A stretch of 35,849 nt of DNA from Chthonomonas calidirosea (GTDB lineage: Bacteria; Armatimonadota; Fimbriimonadia; Fimbriimonadales; Fimbriimonadaceae), in the NCBI GenBank assembly GCA_945859975.1, contig CAMAPH010000031.1, positions 1 to 35,849 on the forward strand, given 5' to 3'. Both the position numbers and the translations under genes were made by a program. The stretch's first letter is position 1. Every line of letters begins with the position of its first letter. This document shows positions 1-8,840 of the stretch, piece after piece. Below the pieces are notes generated by a model. It saw nothing but the letters and a program-made list of their open reading frames with translations. It made no database searches and was not told the DNA's origin.

Positions 1-90
1 GCGGCAGCCTTTGGGCAGTTTGGCCGAGAGCCAACCGTTCCGGCCGGAGCATTCGTAATCTACGAAGTAGAACTGCTCGGATTTAAGTGA
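1..90 (+). CDS. FKBP-type peptidyl-prolyl isomerase, C-terminal fragment (5' end outside window)
   Basis: Frame +1 from base 1 reads AAAFGQFGREPTVPAGAFVIYEVELLGFK*, resembling the FKBP C-terminal pattern AYGxxGxxxxIPPxxxLxFEVELL. Its TGA overlaps the next ATG. Not in the ORF track. Confidence 0.75.
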   Translation, partial: AAAFGQFGREPTVPAGAFVIYEVELLGFK

Positions 91-764
91 TGACACCTCG
101 AACTCAGATTGCTCTCCCGCTCATGGCCGGCCTTTGCTTGGTCTCCTCGTCCGCGTTTGCACAGATCACCGCGAAAAACGGCCTTTACGATTTCCGCGTG
201 AAGCTGACCAGCGGGCAAAAGCTCAGCTACGTCAACTCTGTGGTTGCAATGGGCGGAATCAAGGTGGATATGCCGATCTCCATGAAGGTCCTTTCGGTGA
301 CTAGTGGCAAGGCGACCGTCGAAACAAAGACCGGGCCAGGCCGAATGAACGGACAGGCGATGTCTGAAAATGCGGTCACGGAGAAGTCTGTAATCGATCT
401 CAAAGGGCAGCCCGTCGGCGCTGGATCGACCGGCACCGGAACCGTATTCGGTGCCGCGCCCAAAAAGCCGGTCAAGGTTGGAGCAACGTGGACCGGAAAG
501 GCACCCACTGGGGATACCGGCATTGGGATGAAAGACATCACCGCCACTTACACCTTCGTGGGCGTCAAGTCCGTCAAAGGAAAACAAGTTGCTGAGATTA
601 AAGTCACCATCAAGGGCTCTGGAGACTCGTCGTTGACCGGAGGCGGAATCGTTCACCTTCTCACCTCAGACGGCTTCCTCCAATCTAGCAAGCTTTCGAT
701 GGCTCTCAAAATGGCAGGTTCGACGCAGCCAATGACCTTCACCGCAAACACGTACCGCAAGTGA
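90..764 (+). CDS. Secreted hypothetical protein (DUF6263-like, beta-rich)
   Basis: Signal peptide ending SSSAFA-Q. Motifs FRVKLTSGQKLSY and PKKPVKVGATWT are typical of DUF6263-like proteins. ATG is coupled to the upstream stop (TGATG). Confidence 0.6.
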   Translation: MTPRTQIALPLMAGLCLVSSSAFAQITAKNGLYDFRVKLTSGQKLSYVNSVVAMGGIKVDMPISMKVLSVTSGKATVETKTGPGRMNGQAMSENAVTEKSVIDLKGQPVGAGSTGTGTVFGAAPKKPVKVGATWTGKAPTGDTGIGMKDITATYTFVGVKSVKGKQVAEIKVTIKGSGDSSLTGGGIVHLLTSDGFLQSSKLSMALKMAGSTQPMTFTANTYRK

Positions 765-1471
765 TCGACATCCAAGCCGAAAGTGGCCTTACTGGCCTGA
801 TTCCGATGCTGTCTCGCCATCCGCGAGTAGCATCGGTGTCCGAGGGTGCAAACGGAATCTCCTTCAGCTCGAACGGTTGGCATCGCGAAGTTAGAGTTGC
901 CGATCGCGATTGCGAATTGGCCGGTCTGGTTGAGCTAATGGATAACAATCCGTTGGTTTGCGCTGATGTCGTTTCCGTGCTCCCAGCCAACGCCGTGCTG
1001 CCCACGATTGCCGTTGGTCCATTGGCTCAAGCTGGCCTGCTGGTTGAAGCACCCACCGTCATGACCAGCCTAGAAGCCGACGAGGAAGACCTTGCCTACT
1101 GGCTCACTCGCTCAGACTGGCGCGGTGGAGTCACCGTCTCGCACTCTGAACTTGAGCTTGGTACCGTGGTCGCCGTAACCGTGATCGCCGCCATCACCAC
1201 TCCACCCGATCCGAGCGATATTGACGATCTCTTTGAGGAGCGCTACGGCCGCTCGTTCTTTATCCAGCGCAACGAAAGCGACCCCTGGGACACGAAACTC
1301 GTCCAGGGCACAAACAAGGCGGTGTATCGCCTTCGCTGGACGCCTGACGAGCCGCACAGTTTGCTGACCATCCAGTTGATGGCAGATCTAAACGGAAAGC
1401 TTGGCGCGGGCCAGCTTGTTCATTGCTTCAATGTGATGAACGGGTTCGAAGAAAGCCTCGCTCTCGCGTAG
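761..1471 (+). CDS. Degenerate ArgC-like (N-acetyl-gamma-glutamyl-phosphate reductase-like) protein, catalytic Cys absent
   Basis: N-term ESGLTG..MLSRHPRV resembles ASGYxG..LLxxHPxV. AGLVELM resembles YGLPEL. C-term DLNGKLGAGQLVHCFNVMNGFEESLAL resembles DNLxKGAAGQAVQNxNLMxGxxExxGL. Only 236 aa. GTGA overlap with the upstream gene. Confidence 0.6.
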   Translation: MIDIQAESGLTGLIPMLSRHPRVASVSEGANGISFSSNGWHREVRVADRDCELAGLVELMDNNPLVCADVVSVLPANAVLPTIAVGPLAQAGLLVEAPTVMTSLEADEEDLAYWLTRSDWRGGVTVSHSELELGTVVAVTVIAAITTPPDPSDIDDLFEERYGRSFFIQRNESDPWDTKLVQGTNKAVYRLRWTPDEPHSLLTIQLMADLNGKLGAGQLVHCFNVMNGFEESLALA

Positions 1472-1810
1472 CTAGTCTTTCGCGTCCAAGTCAATCACTT
1501 TCGAAGGGCGCGTCTTTTCCGCTTCGATCTGAGCCATTTCTTCTTTGTCGCCGACCATGTAGTCAACGCCCTCGCCGGTGCTCTTTTCCCAGACGCCTTT
1601 CTCGGCGCGCTTCCAGACCGTGAACCCGTGCTTGCCCGGGTCACGCTGTTTCGAAACCTTGAAGGACGCTCGGCTGATGACCCGCTTCACTTCTAAACCG
1701 CAGTCGGGACAGAACTGCAGGGCCTCATCATGCACCGACTGAATCGCCGCGACCCGATTGGGGCACATGAAGCAATCGCGGTCCACCGGCTCGTACTCGT
1801 ACACTGGCAT
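1472..1810 (-). CDS. FmdB-family zinc-ribbon protein
   Basis: MPVYEY start, then CFMC ... CPDCG.EVKRVIS, the FmdB pattern. Start placed at the MPxYEY Met. Confidence 0.8.
   Translation of the reverse strand: MPVYEYEPVDRDCFMCPNRVAAIQSVHDEALQFCPDCGLEVKRVISRASFKVSKQRDPGKHGFTVWKRAEKGVWEKSTGEGVDYMVGDKEEMAQIEAEKTRPSKVIDLDAKD
1800..1805 (+). promoter_or_regulatory. Putative -10 box (TACACT) for a leaderless udgB transcript
   Basis: TACACT lies 7 nt before GTG 1813, inside the divergent fmdB-like gene. No SD present. Confidence 0.45.
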
Positions 1811-1812
1811 CA

Positions 1813-2499
1813 GTGAGTTCATTGTCCCTCATCGAAAGCTGGAACCAGGAAATCGTCGCCTGCCGAAAGTGCCCGCGCCTTGTGGAATGGCGAGAATCGG
1901 TCGCCGCGGTCAAGCGAAAGTCGTTTGCCGACGAAGACTATTGGGGCAAGCCTGTTCCCTACTTCGGCGATCCAGACGCGCGTTTGCTCATCCTAGGCCT
2001 TGCGCCCGCCGCTCACGGCGCAAACCGAACCGGACGCATGTTTACGGGCGATCGTAGCGGAGACTGGCTCTACCGAGCCCTACATCGTGCTGGCCTTGCG
2101 TCCCAACCAGAAGCGACCAGCCTCGCTGATGGCCTGACCCTGACGAACGTGCTGATCGCTGCGAGTTGCCACTGCGCTCCGCCGGATAACAAACCACTGC
2201 CAGAAGAACTTGAGAACTGTAACCCCTATCTCCGACGCTTGCTAGCCAGCAGAAATTGGGACGGCATCCTGTGCCTCGGTGGTATTGCCTGGACCCAACT
2301 TCACCGCACCCTAGAACTCAAGGGCCCGAAGTTTGCCCATGGCATCGTGCATAAGTCGAATCAGACCCGCCTCGTCGCCAGCTACCATCCAAGTCAGCAG
2401 AACACTTTCACCGGCCGGTTGACCGAACCGATGCTTGATGCTGCCATCGAAGCCTGGAAGGACTACTCATTCAAAAGTTCTTTGCGCTCGATCTCGTAA
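1813..2499 (+). CDS. udgB: Uracil-DNA glycosylase, family 5 (UdgB-type, Fe-S)
   Basis: [49 protein letters not shown] and [15 protein letters not shown] are family-5 UDG motifs. Confidence 0.92.
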   Translation: MSSLSLIESWNQEIVACRKCPRLVEWRESVAAVKRKSFADEDYWGKPVPYFGDPDARLLILGLAPAAHGANRTGRMFTGDRSGDWLYRALHRAGLASQPEATSLADGLTLTNVLIAASCHCAPPDNKPLPEELENCNPYLRRLLASRNWDGILCLGGIAWTQLHRTLELKGPKFAHGIVHKSNQTRLVASYHPSQQNTFTGRLTEPMLDAAIEAWKDYSFKSSLRSIS

Positions 2500-3617
2500 C
2501 GCTTCACTTCACCGTTTCGGGAAGTTACAATCTTTACTTTTGAACCCTTGGGCCCCTTCATCAGCTTCTCGATGCGCTCGTAAGTGCCTTCAATCTGCTC
2601 TTGACCATCGACGCTGAGTAGCTGATCTCCGACCTTGATTCCGGCCACTTCGGCAGGTGAGTCGGGCGCAACCGCAAAGATGATCGTTCGCTTGCGCTCG
2701 TTGCTGAAGCCAGCCCGAATTCCCACGTCTCCCGACAAGCCGTCGGCCACCTTGCCGGAGAAGTTATCCAGCCAAACGCGACGTCGTTCATAGTCGAAAA
2801 TGATATTGAAGTTCTTAAGGAACTGGAATCCTACGGTTCCGTCCGAATCTGCAGAACTGGACGGCAATTCGATGACGTCCCAAATGCTTTCCTGAACCGG
2901 TACTCCGAAAATGACGGAGTCCTTCATCCGGTAGTACCACGTGTCAACCGCCCCGCTGGCAACGCCCGCGCTAAAGAAGTACTTCGGCTTGTTCCCTTCG
3001 TTCCAAAGCCCGACCCGCTCTAATGAGTCCTTGTGCGTCGTCGCGTAAAACCCGTTCCCGGTGTCCAACGCCAGCGTGAGCTTTTTGCCGGTGCTCACCT
3101 GCGCCGCCAACTCCATGGCCGAACCACCGATCGGCAGTAACTTCGCAAGGAACGTTCGCTTGTTGTCCGGAACCTTCTTCGTTATATCGAGCGACTTCGG
3201 GTGGAAGATGAACTGGTTCTTCTCGAAGTTGATCTCCATCACGTGATCTCGGACGCCATCAAATCCAAGAATTCCGTCCACGTGAGTGCCGTAAGAGGCC
3301 GACATATCTTCCGGCATCACAACAATGGTCCTGTCGGCAGCTGGCACATTCAGGCCACCAATCGACATGGACTTCAGCTTAACGGTACTGGCGGAGAACG
3401 AACCGACGAAGTCTCTCAGCTGTTGCACTCCCGTCGTGGGACCAACGTTGAGGTTCGACGCCAATACGAGCGTGCCACCGTAGCCCGTATCGAACATGCA
3501 GGTCATCTTCTTGCCGTTGGCGGTGATGTCCACGAGGATGGCGGAGTCGGTCTGGCGGAACGGAACGACGATGGGTGCGGCAGCTTGCGCGGTGATGAGG
3601 GCGAGGAGGCTTGTCAC
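2463..3617 (-). CDS. Secreted double retropepsin-like aspartyl protease with C-terminal PDZ domain
   Basis: Two catalytic motifs (MFDTG, ALDTG), each followed by a GILG/GTVG motif. PDZ motif [26 protein letters not shown]. Short signal peptide. Confidence 0.85.
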   Translation of the reverse strand: MTSLLALITAQAAAPIVVPFRQTDSAILVDITANGKKMTCMFDTGYGGTLVLASNLNVGPTTGVQQLRDFVGSFSASTVKLKSMSIGGLNVPAADRTIVVMPEDMSASYGTHVDGILGFDGVRDHVMEINFEKNQFIFHPKSLDITKKVPDNKRTFLAKLLPIGGSAMELAAQVSTGKKLTLALDTGNGFYATTHKDSLERVGLWNEGNKPKYFFSAGVASGAVDTWYYRMKDSVIFGVPVQESIWDVIELPSSSADSDGTVGFQFLKNFNIIFDYERRRVWLDNFSGKVADGLSGDVGIRAGFSNERKRTIIFAVAPDSPAEVAGIKVGDQLLSVDGQEQIEGTYERIEKLMKGPKGSKVKIVTSRNGEVKRYEIERKELLNE

Positions 3618-3620
3618 GGT

Positions 3621-4340
3621 TTATTGATCTCGGCTCTTGCGGCCTACAAGGAAATATACGGCGGTCGGGAACCACGGTAACCCACAAAAACAGCAAACCA
3701 TTTGAGGGATTAACCAAGCGATCCGAGCCTTCCGATTTAACATATCTAGAATAAGCCAAGAAAAGCTCGCCAGCCCACTCGAAATCCACGCACAGAGCAC
3801 CAAAAAACTCACGATGTCCGATTTCGGCTTGGTCGTTGAAATCGGTTCTTTCACGCTCATGTCTGGCGGCGAGATCGGCTGAAACACCGCCAATGCGACG
3901 GTGACGGCGATCCCGAGCACGATGATCGCAATTCCAACCCGACTCCAAAAAGGTTCTCGCTGCACCAGGCTCTGGAAAATCGGTGGCAACTGTCCATCCC
4001 GCTCCAATACCGAAAGAGCGGTCGCGTCCTGGGGGTCAACTTCAAGCACCTCCCGCGCGATGAGCAAAGCCTCGATGCGCTTTTCCCCGGCTACCAACAG
4101 ACTCGCCAGATTGCCCGCGACTTTGATGTCTGTCGGATCCAGTTTTCGCGCTTCGCGAAGATCGGCTTCTGCGCCGCTCGCATCCCCCGCGCGGGCCCGC
4201 GTCACCCCCCGCAATCCTAGCAGTTTTGCGTTGGCCGGAGACTCGGCAATCAGGGCGTCTAGTAGAGGAAGAGCCTCGGAATGTTGCTCGGATCGGAGAA
4301 GTTCAAGTGCCTGAGAAAAGCGCGGGTCAACTGAACTCAC
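3621..4340 (-). CDS. TPR-repeat membrane protein
   Basis: N-terminal TPR-like helices (AEADLREARKLDPTD, AREVLEVDPQDATA) followed by about three hydrophobic segments. Confidence 0.75.
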   Translation of the reverse strand: MSSVDPRFSQALELLRSEQHSEALPLLDALIAESPANAKLLGLRGVTRARAGDASGAEADLREARKLDPTDIKVAGNLASLLVAGEKRIEALLIAREVLEVDPQDATALSVLERDGQLPPIFQSLVQREPFWSRVGIAIIVLGIAVTVALAVFQPISPPDMSVKEPISTTKPKSDIVSFLVLCAWISSGLASFSWLILDMLNRKARIAWLIPQMVCCFCGLPWFPTAVYFLVGRKSRDQ

Positions 4341-4346
4341 AACGGA

Positions 4347-4352
4347 ATGTTA
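4347..4352 (-). promoter_or_regulatory. Putative -10 box (TAACAT) for a leaderless TPR gene
   Basis: Minus strand reads ggTAACAT-tccgtt-GTG, a 6-nt spacer with no SD. Confidence 0.45.
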
Positions 4353-4382
4353 CCGTTCCCCATGGAATTGACAGGATTTTTG

Positions 4383-4388
4383 TATAAT
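4383..4388 (+). promoter_or_regulatory. Putative -10 box (TATAAT) of the liv operon
   Basis: Perfect TATAAT in the divergent intergenic region about 50 nt upstream of the livK ATG. Confidence 0.5.
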
Positions 4389-4437
4389 AGGCGCACTCAG
4401 GTCACCGCTAGCTCGGTCTAGCGTGGGACAAGCAACC

Positions 4438-5703
4438 ATGAATATTCAATTCTCCTGGAAACATGGGCTCATCGCCCTCGCTGTAGCCGCCGCAATCGGA
4501 TGCAACGGCGGAGACTCAACCGCAACTACCCCAACGGTCGAAAACAAAGGCACCGAAGCAACGCCCGCTGCGGCTGGTCGAAAGGCCCCAACCGCCGAGG
4601 GCAACAAGGTTGAAGGCGATGTCATTAAAGTCGGCATCGTTGGCAGCTTGACCGGCGACCAGAAGCCATGGGGCGAAGACAGCGTTGAAGGCGCAAAGAT
4701 GGCCGTTGAAGAACTCAACGCTGCTGGCGGAATCAACGGAAAGAAAGTTGAACTCATCACCGGAGACTCCACTTCAAAAGCAGAAGGCGCAAAGACCGCG
4801 GCCGAAAAGCTGATCTCCGACGGAGTCATCGGCATCATCGGTGAAGTTGCTTCGGGCCACACCATCCAGATCGCAAAGTCCGCCTTCGACAAGGGCGTTC
4901 CAGTTGTAGCTATTGGTGCAACCAAGACCGACCTCACTCAGGAAGGGACCCACGTCAGCCGCGTCTGCTACATCGACGACTTCCAGGGACCGGTAATGGC
5001 GAAGTTCGCCTATGAAGAGCTCGGCCTCCGAAAGGTCGCTCTGATGACCGACAACAAGCAGCCTTATTCCCAGTACTTGAGCAAAACCTTTGGAGACAAG
5101 TTCAAGGCCCTCGGCGGAACCATCGTCAAGGAAGCCTTCTACGAGTCCGGCCAAACCCAGTTCTCCGGTCAGATCACCGAACTCAAGGCCGAAACGCCAG
5201 ACGGTCTCTTCCTCAGCGGCTACTTCACGGAAGTTGGTCCAATTGCCCAGCAGGTTCGCCAGGCTGGCCTCAAGGACGTTAAGCTCATGGGTGGCGACGG
5301 TTGGGACAGCCCACAGCTCCTCACCAGCGGCGGCGATGCGATCCTCGGATCGTTCTTCTGCAACCACTACAACAACAAAGAAGATCGACCTGCGGTCAAG
5401 ACCTTCCTGGACGCATACAAGAAGGGCCACGCTGGTAAAGAGCCCGGCACCACCATGGCAGCCCTCGGCTACGACGCGACCAAGTTGATGCTCGAAGCCT
5501 TGAAGAAAGCCAAGTCGCTTGATTCGAAGTCGCTGATCGAAGCGATCAACGAGACCGAGAACTTCGCTGGCGTCTCCGGCACCATCACCCTCAAGGGCTT
5601 CAACGGCAACCCGCCAAAGCGAGCACTCGTGGTCGAGGTCCGACCTCAGTCCGAAGGGTTCCAAGTCTTCCGAAAAGCCTACGAGGCGGACGAGATTAAG
5701 TAA
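4438..5703 (+). CDS. livK: Branched-chain amino acid ABC transporter substrate-binding lipoprotein (LivJ/LivK family)
   Basis: Lipobox AAIGC. IKVGIVGSLTG..MAVEELNAAGGINGKKVELI, GGDGWD and ALGYDA. First gene of the liv operon. Confidence 0.9.
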   Translation: MNIQFSWKHGLIALAVAAAIGCNGGDSTATTPTVENKGTEATPAAAGRKAPTAEGNKVEGDVIKVGIVGSLTGDQKPWGEDSVEGAKMAVEELNAAGGINGKKVELITGDSTSKAEGAKTAAEKLISDGVIGIIGEVASGHTIQIAKSAFDKGVPVVAIGATKTDLTQEGTHVSRVCYIDDFQGPVMAKFAYEELGLRKVALMTDNKQPYSQYLSKTFGDKFKALGGTIVKEAFYESGQTQFSGQITELKAETPDGLFLSGYFTEVGPIAQQVRQAGLKDVKLMGGDGWDSPQLLTSGGDAILGSFFCNHYNNKEDRPAVKTFLDAYKKGHAGKEPGTTMAALGYDATKLMLEALKKAKSLDSKSLIEAINETENFAGVSGTITLKGFNGNPPKRALVVEVRPQSEGFQVFRKAYEADEIK

Positions 5704-5710
5704 GCGGCGA

Positions 5711-6883
5711 ATGACCGTATTACCAGACCTCTTGGCAGGGTTGGAGTTCTCCACCCTGCCGCAGCAACTTGTGAATGGCATCCTTTTGGGTGCCATTTAC
5801 GCGCTTATAGCCCTCGGTTACACGATGGTCTATGGCGTCTTGAAACTCATCAACTTCGCCCACGGCGAAGTCTTCATGCTGGGTGCCTACACCGCCCTTT
5901 TCACTTCATGGTCGTTCGGATTCACGCAGGCAGGTAGCCGGCAGGACTCATCGCCAGGAATTCTTATCGCCATGTTGATCGTCTCGATGACGGTCTGCGG
6001 CTTCGTCGGAGTGCTGATTGAGCGCTTCGCGTATCGCCCGATGCGAAGCCAGCCGAGAATTGCCTCGCTGATCACCGCAATCGGCATTTCCCTGCTGCTC
6101 CAATATGGCGGTCAGTTGTTCCTCCCGAGCAGCCCACCTCCGAGCATCAGCGACAAGGTCAACCCATTCAAGGGCAACATTGAGATTCCCCTGAAGCCAG
6201 CGGACAGCGCACTTCTCGCCCAAGCCGAACAACTTAAGGCCAAAGTCACGAGTACGAAAGCCGCCTACGACGAGCAGCTCAAGTCTGAAAAAGACTCGTT
6301 CAACCTGAGCCCCGTCGGAAAGGGGCTTCGAACCGCTTCGCAAGATGCCGAGCGTGACTACCGCAATGCGATCGACAAGGCAAACAAAGACGCCCTCGTG
6401 ATCACCCTGCCGCAGGGCCAGGTGATCATGCTTGTCACCACCGTTGTCTTGATGATCATCCTCACGTGGCTGGTTATGAAAACCACGGCTGGTCGCGCTA
6501 TGCGTGCTGCCTCGCTTGACTTCGATGCCGCATCTCTCATGGGCATTAACGTCAATACCGTGATTGCCTTTACGTTCTTTATCGGCTCTGCCCTCGCAGG
6601 TGCGGGTGCCATGATGAACGCATCCTTCCTCGGCGGAACCAAGATCGACACGTTCTTCGGCATGTTGCCGGGGGTTAAGGCCTTTGTTGCTGCCGTCCTT
6701 GGCGGAATCGGAAACATTCCCGGTGCCGTTCTCGGAGGAATCCTGATGGGTCTAGCCGAAACCATGGTCATCTGGGCCGGGTATGGCAACTACAAAGACG
6801 CCATCGCCTTCATCGTCCTGATCGTTGTGCTACTCGTAAAACCGGGCGGACTACTTGGCTCGAACAAGGTGGAAAAGGTTTGA
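5711..6883 (+). CDS. livH: Branched-chain amino acid ABC permease LivH (with helical insertion)
   Basis: QQLVNGILLGAIYALIALGYTMVYGVLKLINFAHGE, GRAMRA, KAFVAAVLGGIGNIPGA. Confidence 0.93.
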   Translation: MTVLPDLLAGLEFSTLPQQLVNGILLGAIYALIALGYTMVYGVLKLINFAHGEVFMLGAYTALFTSWSFGFTQAGSRQDSSPGILIAMLIVSMTVCGFVGVLIERFAYRPMRSQPRIASLITAIGISLLLQYGGQLFLPSSPPPSISDKVNPFKGNIEIPLKPADSALLAQAEQLKAKVTSTKAAYDEQLKSEKDSFNLSPVGKGLRTASQDAERDYRNAIDKANKDALVITLPQGQVIMLVTTVVLMIILTWLVMKTTAGRAMRAASLDFDAASLMGINVNTVIAFTFFIGSALAGAGAMMNASFLGGTKIDTFFGMLPGVKAFVAAVLGGIGNIPGAVLGGILMGLAETMVIWAGYGNYKDAIAFIVLIVVLLVKPGGLLGSNKVEKV

Positions 6884-8064
6884 AGTTCTGGGGCGTTCGT
6901 CTTGCCTCGATTCTGGGAGCGGTGGCGTTTTGCTTCTTGCTCGAAGGCGTTGCGCAAGGACAAAGCTCCTTTGTCCAGCGCCTCTTCGTGCTCGCTGGTC
7001 TCTACGTCACCCTCGCGGTGTCTTTGAACCTGATCAACGGAATCACTGGCCAGTTCAGCATCGGCCACGCTGCCTTCTATCAAGTTGGCGCGTACACGGC
7101 CGGATTCTGCGCTAGCAGATTCTTTGCCCAGCTCAACCTCCCACCAGCCGCCTGGCTGCTCCTGATGATGATCACCTCGGCGATAACCGCCGGTTTGGCT
7201 GGTTTACTCGTTGGGCTACCGTCTCTGCGCCTCAAGGGTGACTATCTGGCCATCGTCACGCTTGGCTTCGGCGAGATCATCCGAATCTTCGCGCAAAACC
7301 AAGAAGCCCTTGGTGGAGCCTATGGACTCACCGTCGCGCCGAAGATCCAGTACGTCTGGGCCGCATGGCTCCTCGCAATCCTGTGCATCGCGGTTTGCCG
7401 AAACCTTCTTCGAACCGCGCATGGACTTCCCTTCCTCGCCGTTCGTGAAGACGAAATCGCAAGTAGTGCTATGGGCGTCAACGTCACTCAGACCAAGGTT
7501 GTGGCCTTCGTCCTGGGATCGATGTTTGCCGGTGCTGCAGGCGCAATCCTCGCCCACTTCGAGAGCTTCGTGAGCCCGCCCATGTTCACGATGGACGTGA
7601 GCTTCACCATCGTCACGATGGTCGTTCTCGGTGGAACCGGGTCCATCACGGGCTCCGTGCTTGCCGCGATCCTGCTGTTCTATCTGCCAGAAAAGATGCG
7701 CGACTTCACCAACATCCCTTTGTCGGGTGTTGCCGCTGCCTTCGTCGCGATCAGCGCCGCCGTGTTTGCCATCCGCTGGGTGATGCAAAACTTCCATGGC
7801 AGCGCGAAGGATCGAGCGATTCGGTATCTCGGAATTGTCGTTGGAGCCCTGGTGATTTGGTTCATCAGCAAAGCCCTCCTCGGGAACGTTCCGAGCCTCA
7901 AAGAAAACATTGATGGCTCCAAGCTTCGAATGGTGGTCTTCAGCATCACCCTAGTCGTGCTGATGCTCCTCCGCCCGCAAGGCATGCTCGGACACCACGA
8001 GTTCTCGTGGGATTGGGTGCGAAGCAAGTTCGGCAAGCCAACGGTTAAGGAGGCCACCGCTTGA
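6880..8064 (+). CDS. livM: Branched-chain amino acid ABC permease LivM (with extra TM segments)
   Basis: SLNLINGITGQFSIGHAAF, LRLKGDYLAIVTLGFGEIIR, AVREDEIA, MVVLGGTGS, LRPQG. TTGA overlap with livH. Confidence 0.93.
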   Translation: MKFWGVRLASILGAVAFCFLLEGVAQGQSSFVQRLFVLAGLYVTLAVSLNLINGITGQFSIGHAAFYQVGAYTAGFCASRFFAQLNLPPAAWLLLMMITSAITAGLAGLLVGLPSLRLKGDYLAIVTLGFGEIIRIFAQNQEALGGAYGLTVAPKIQYVWAAWLLAILCIAVCRNLLRTAHGLPFLAVREDEIASSAMGVNVTQTKVVAFVLGSMFAGAAGAILAHFESFVSPPMFTMDVSFTIVTMVVLGGTGSITGSVLAAILLFYLPEKMRDFTNIPLSGVAAAFVAISAAVFAIRWVMQNFHGSAKDRAIRYLGIVVGALVIWFISKALLGNVPSLKENIDGSKLRMVVFSITLVVLMLLRPQGMLGHHEFSWDWVRSKFGKPTVKEATA

Positions 8065-8825
8065 GCCTCCTCCAACTCGATCAGGCAACCATCAAGTTCG
8101 GCGGACTCATCGCGGTCAACAGCGTAAGCTTCGAACTCAAGAAGGGAGACCTGTTCGGCCTCATCGGTCCGAACGGTGCCGGCAAGACCACTTGCTTCAA
8201 CCTGATCACCGGCGTTTACAAGCCGACGAGCGGCAAAATCACCTTCGATGGCAAAGAAATTGGCGGCACTCCCGCCAACAAAATCGCCAACCTGGGCATC
8301 GCACGAACTTTCCAGAACATTCGCCTCTTCAAGTCGCTGTCTGTCCTGGAGAACGTTGTGGTCGGCGGATTTCTGCGCCACAAAACACCGCTCATCTCTG
8401 CCCTCGCCTACTTGCCAAACGTCATCAAAGAGACCCAAAGCTTGAAAGCAGAGGCGATGGAACTGCTCAAGATTGTTAACCTCGACAAGGTTGCAGATGT
8501 TCGCTCGGCAGACCTGAGCTACGGAATGCAGCGACGTCTGGAGATCGCGCGTGCCATGGCGACTCAGCCCAAACTCCTTCTCCTCGACGAACCTGCCGCC
8601 GGCATGAACCCGCAGGAAAAGGAAGAACTCAACGCAATGGTCAAGCACATTCGCGACGAAGTTGGCCTGACCGTGCTTCTCATCGAGCACGACATGCGCT
8701 TTGTCATGTCGCTATGTGAGCGAATCGTTGTTCTAGACGCGGGCAAAGAAATTGCCGCCGGACCGCCGGACGCCATCCGAAGCGACCCCAAAGTAATCGC
8801 CGCCTATCTGGGCGAAGCTGTTTAG
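8061..8825 (+). CDS. livG: Branched-chain amino acid ABC ATP-binding protein LivG
   Basis: Walker [55 protein letters not shown]. Confidence 0.95.
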   Translation: MSLLQLDQATIKFGGLIAVNSVSFELKKGDLFGLIGPNGAGKTTCFNLITGVYKPTSGKITFDGKEIGGTPANKIANLGIARTFQNIRLFKSLSVLENVVVGGFLRHKTPLISALAYLPNVIKETQSLKAEAMELLKIVNLDKVADVRSADLSYGMQRRLEIARAMATQPKLLLLDEPAAGMNPQEKEELNAMVKHIRDEVGLTVLLIEHDMRFVMSLCERIVVLDAGKEIAAGPPDAIRSDPKVIAAYLGEAV

Positions 8826-8840
8826 CGGTACAAGGCAAGA

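Noticed and set aside
4368..4388. Perfect TTGACA and TATAAT as one sigma70 promoter
   Set aside because: The spacer is only 9 bp (needs about 17), so only the -10 is reported.
4774..8690. Long minus-strand ORFs (4774-5796, 7680-8690)
   Set aside because: Antisense shadows of the codon-biased liv genes.
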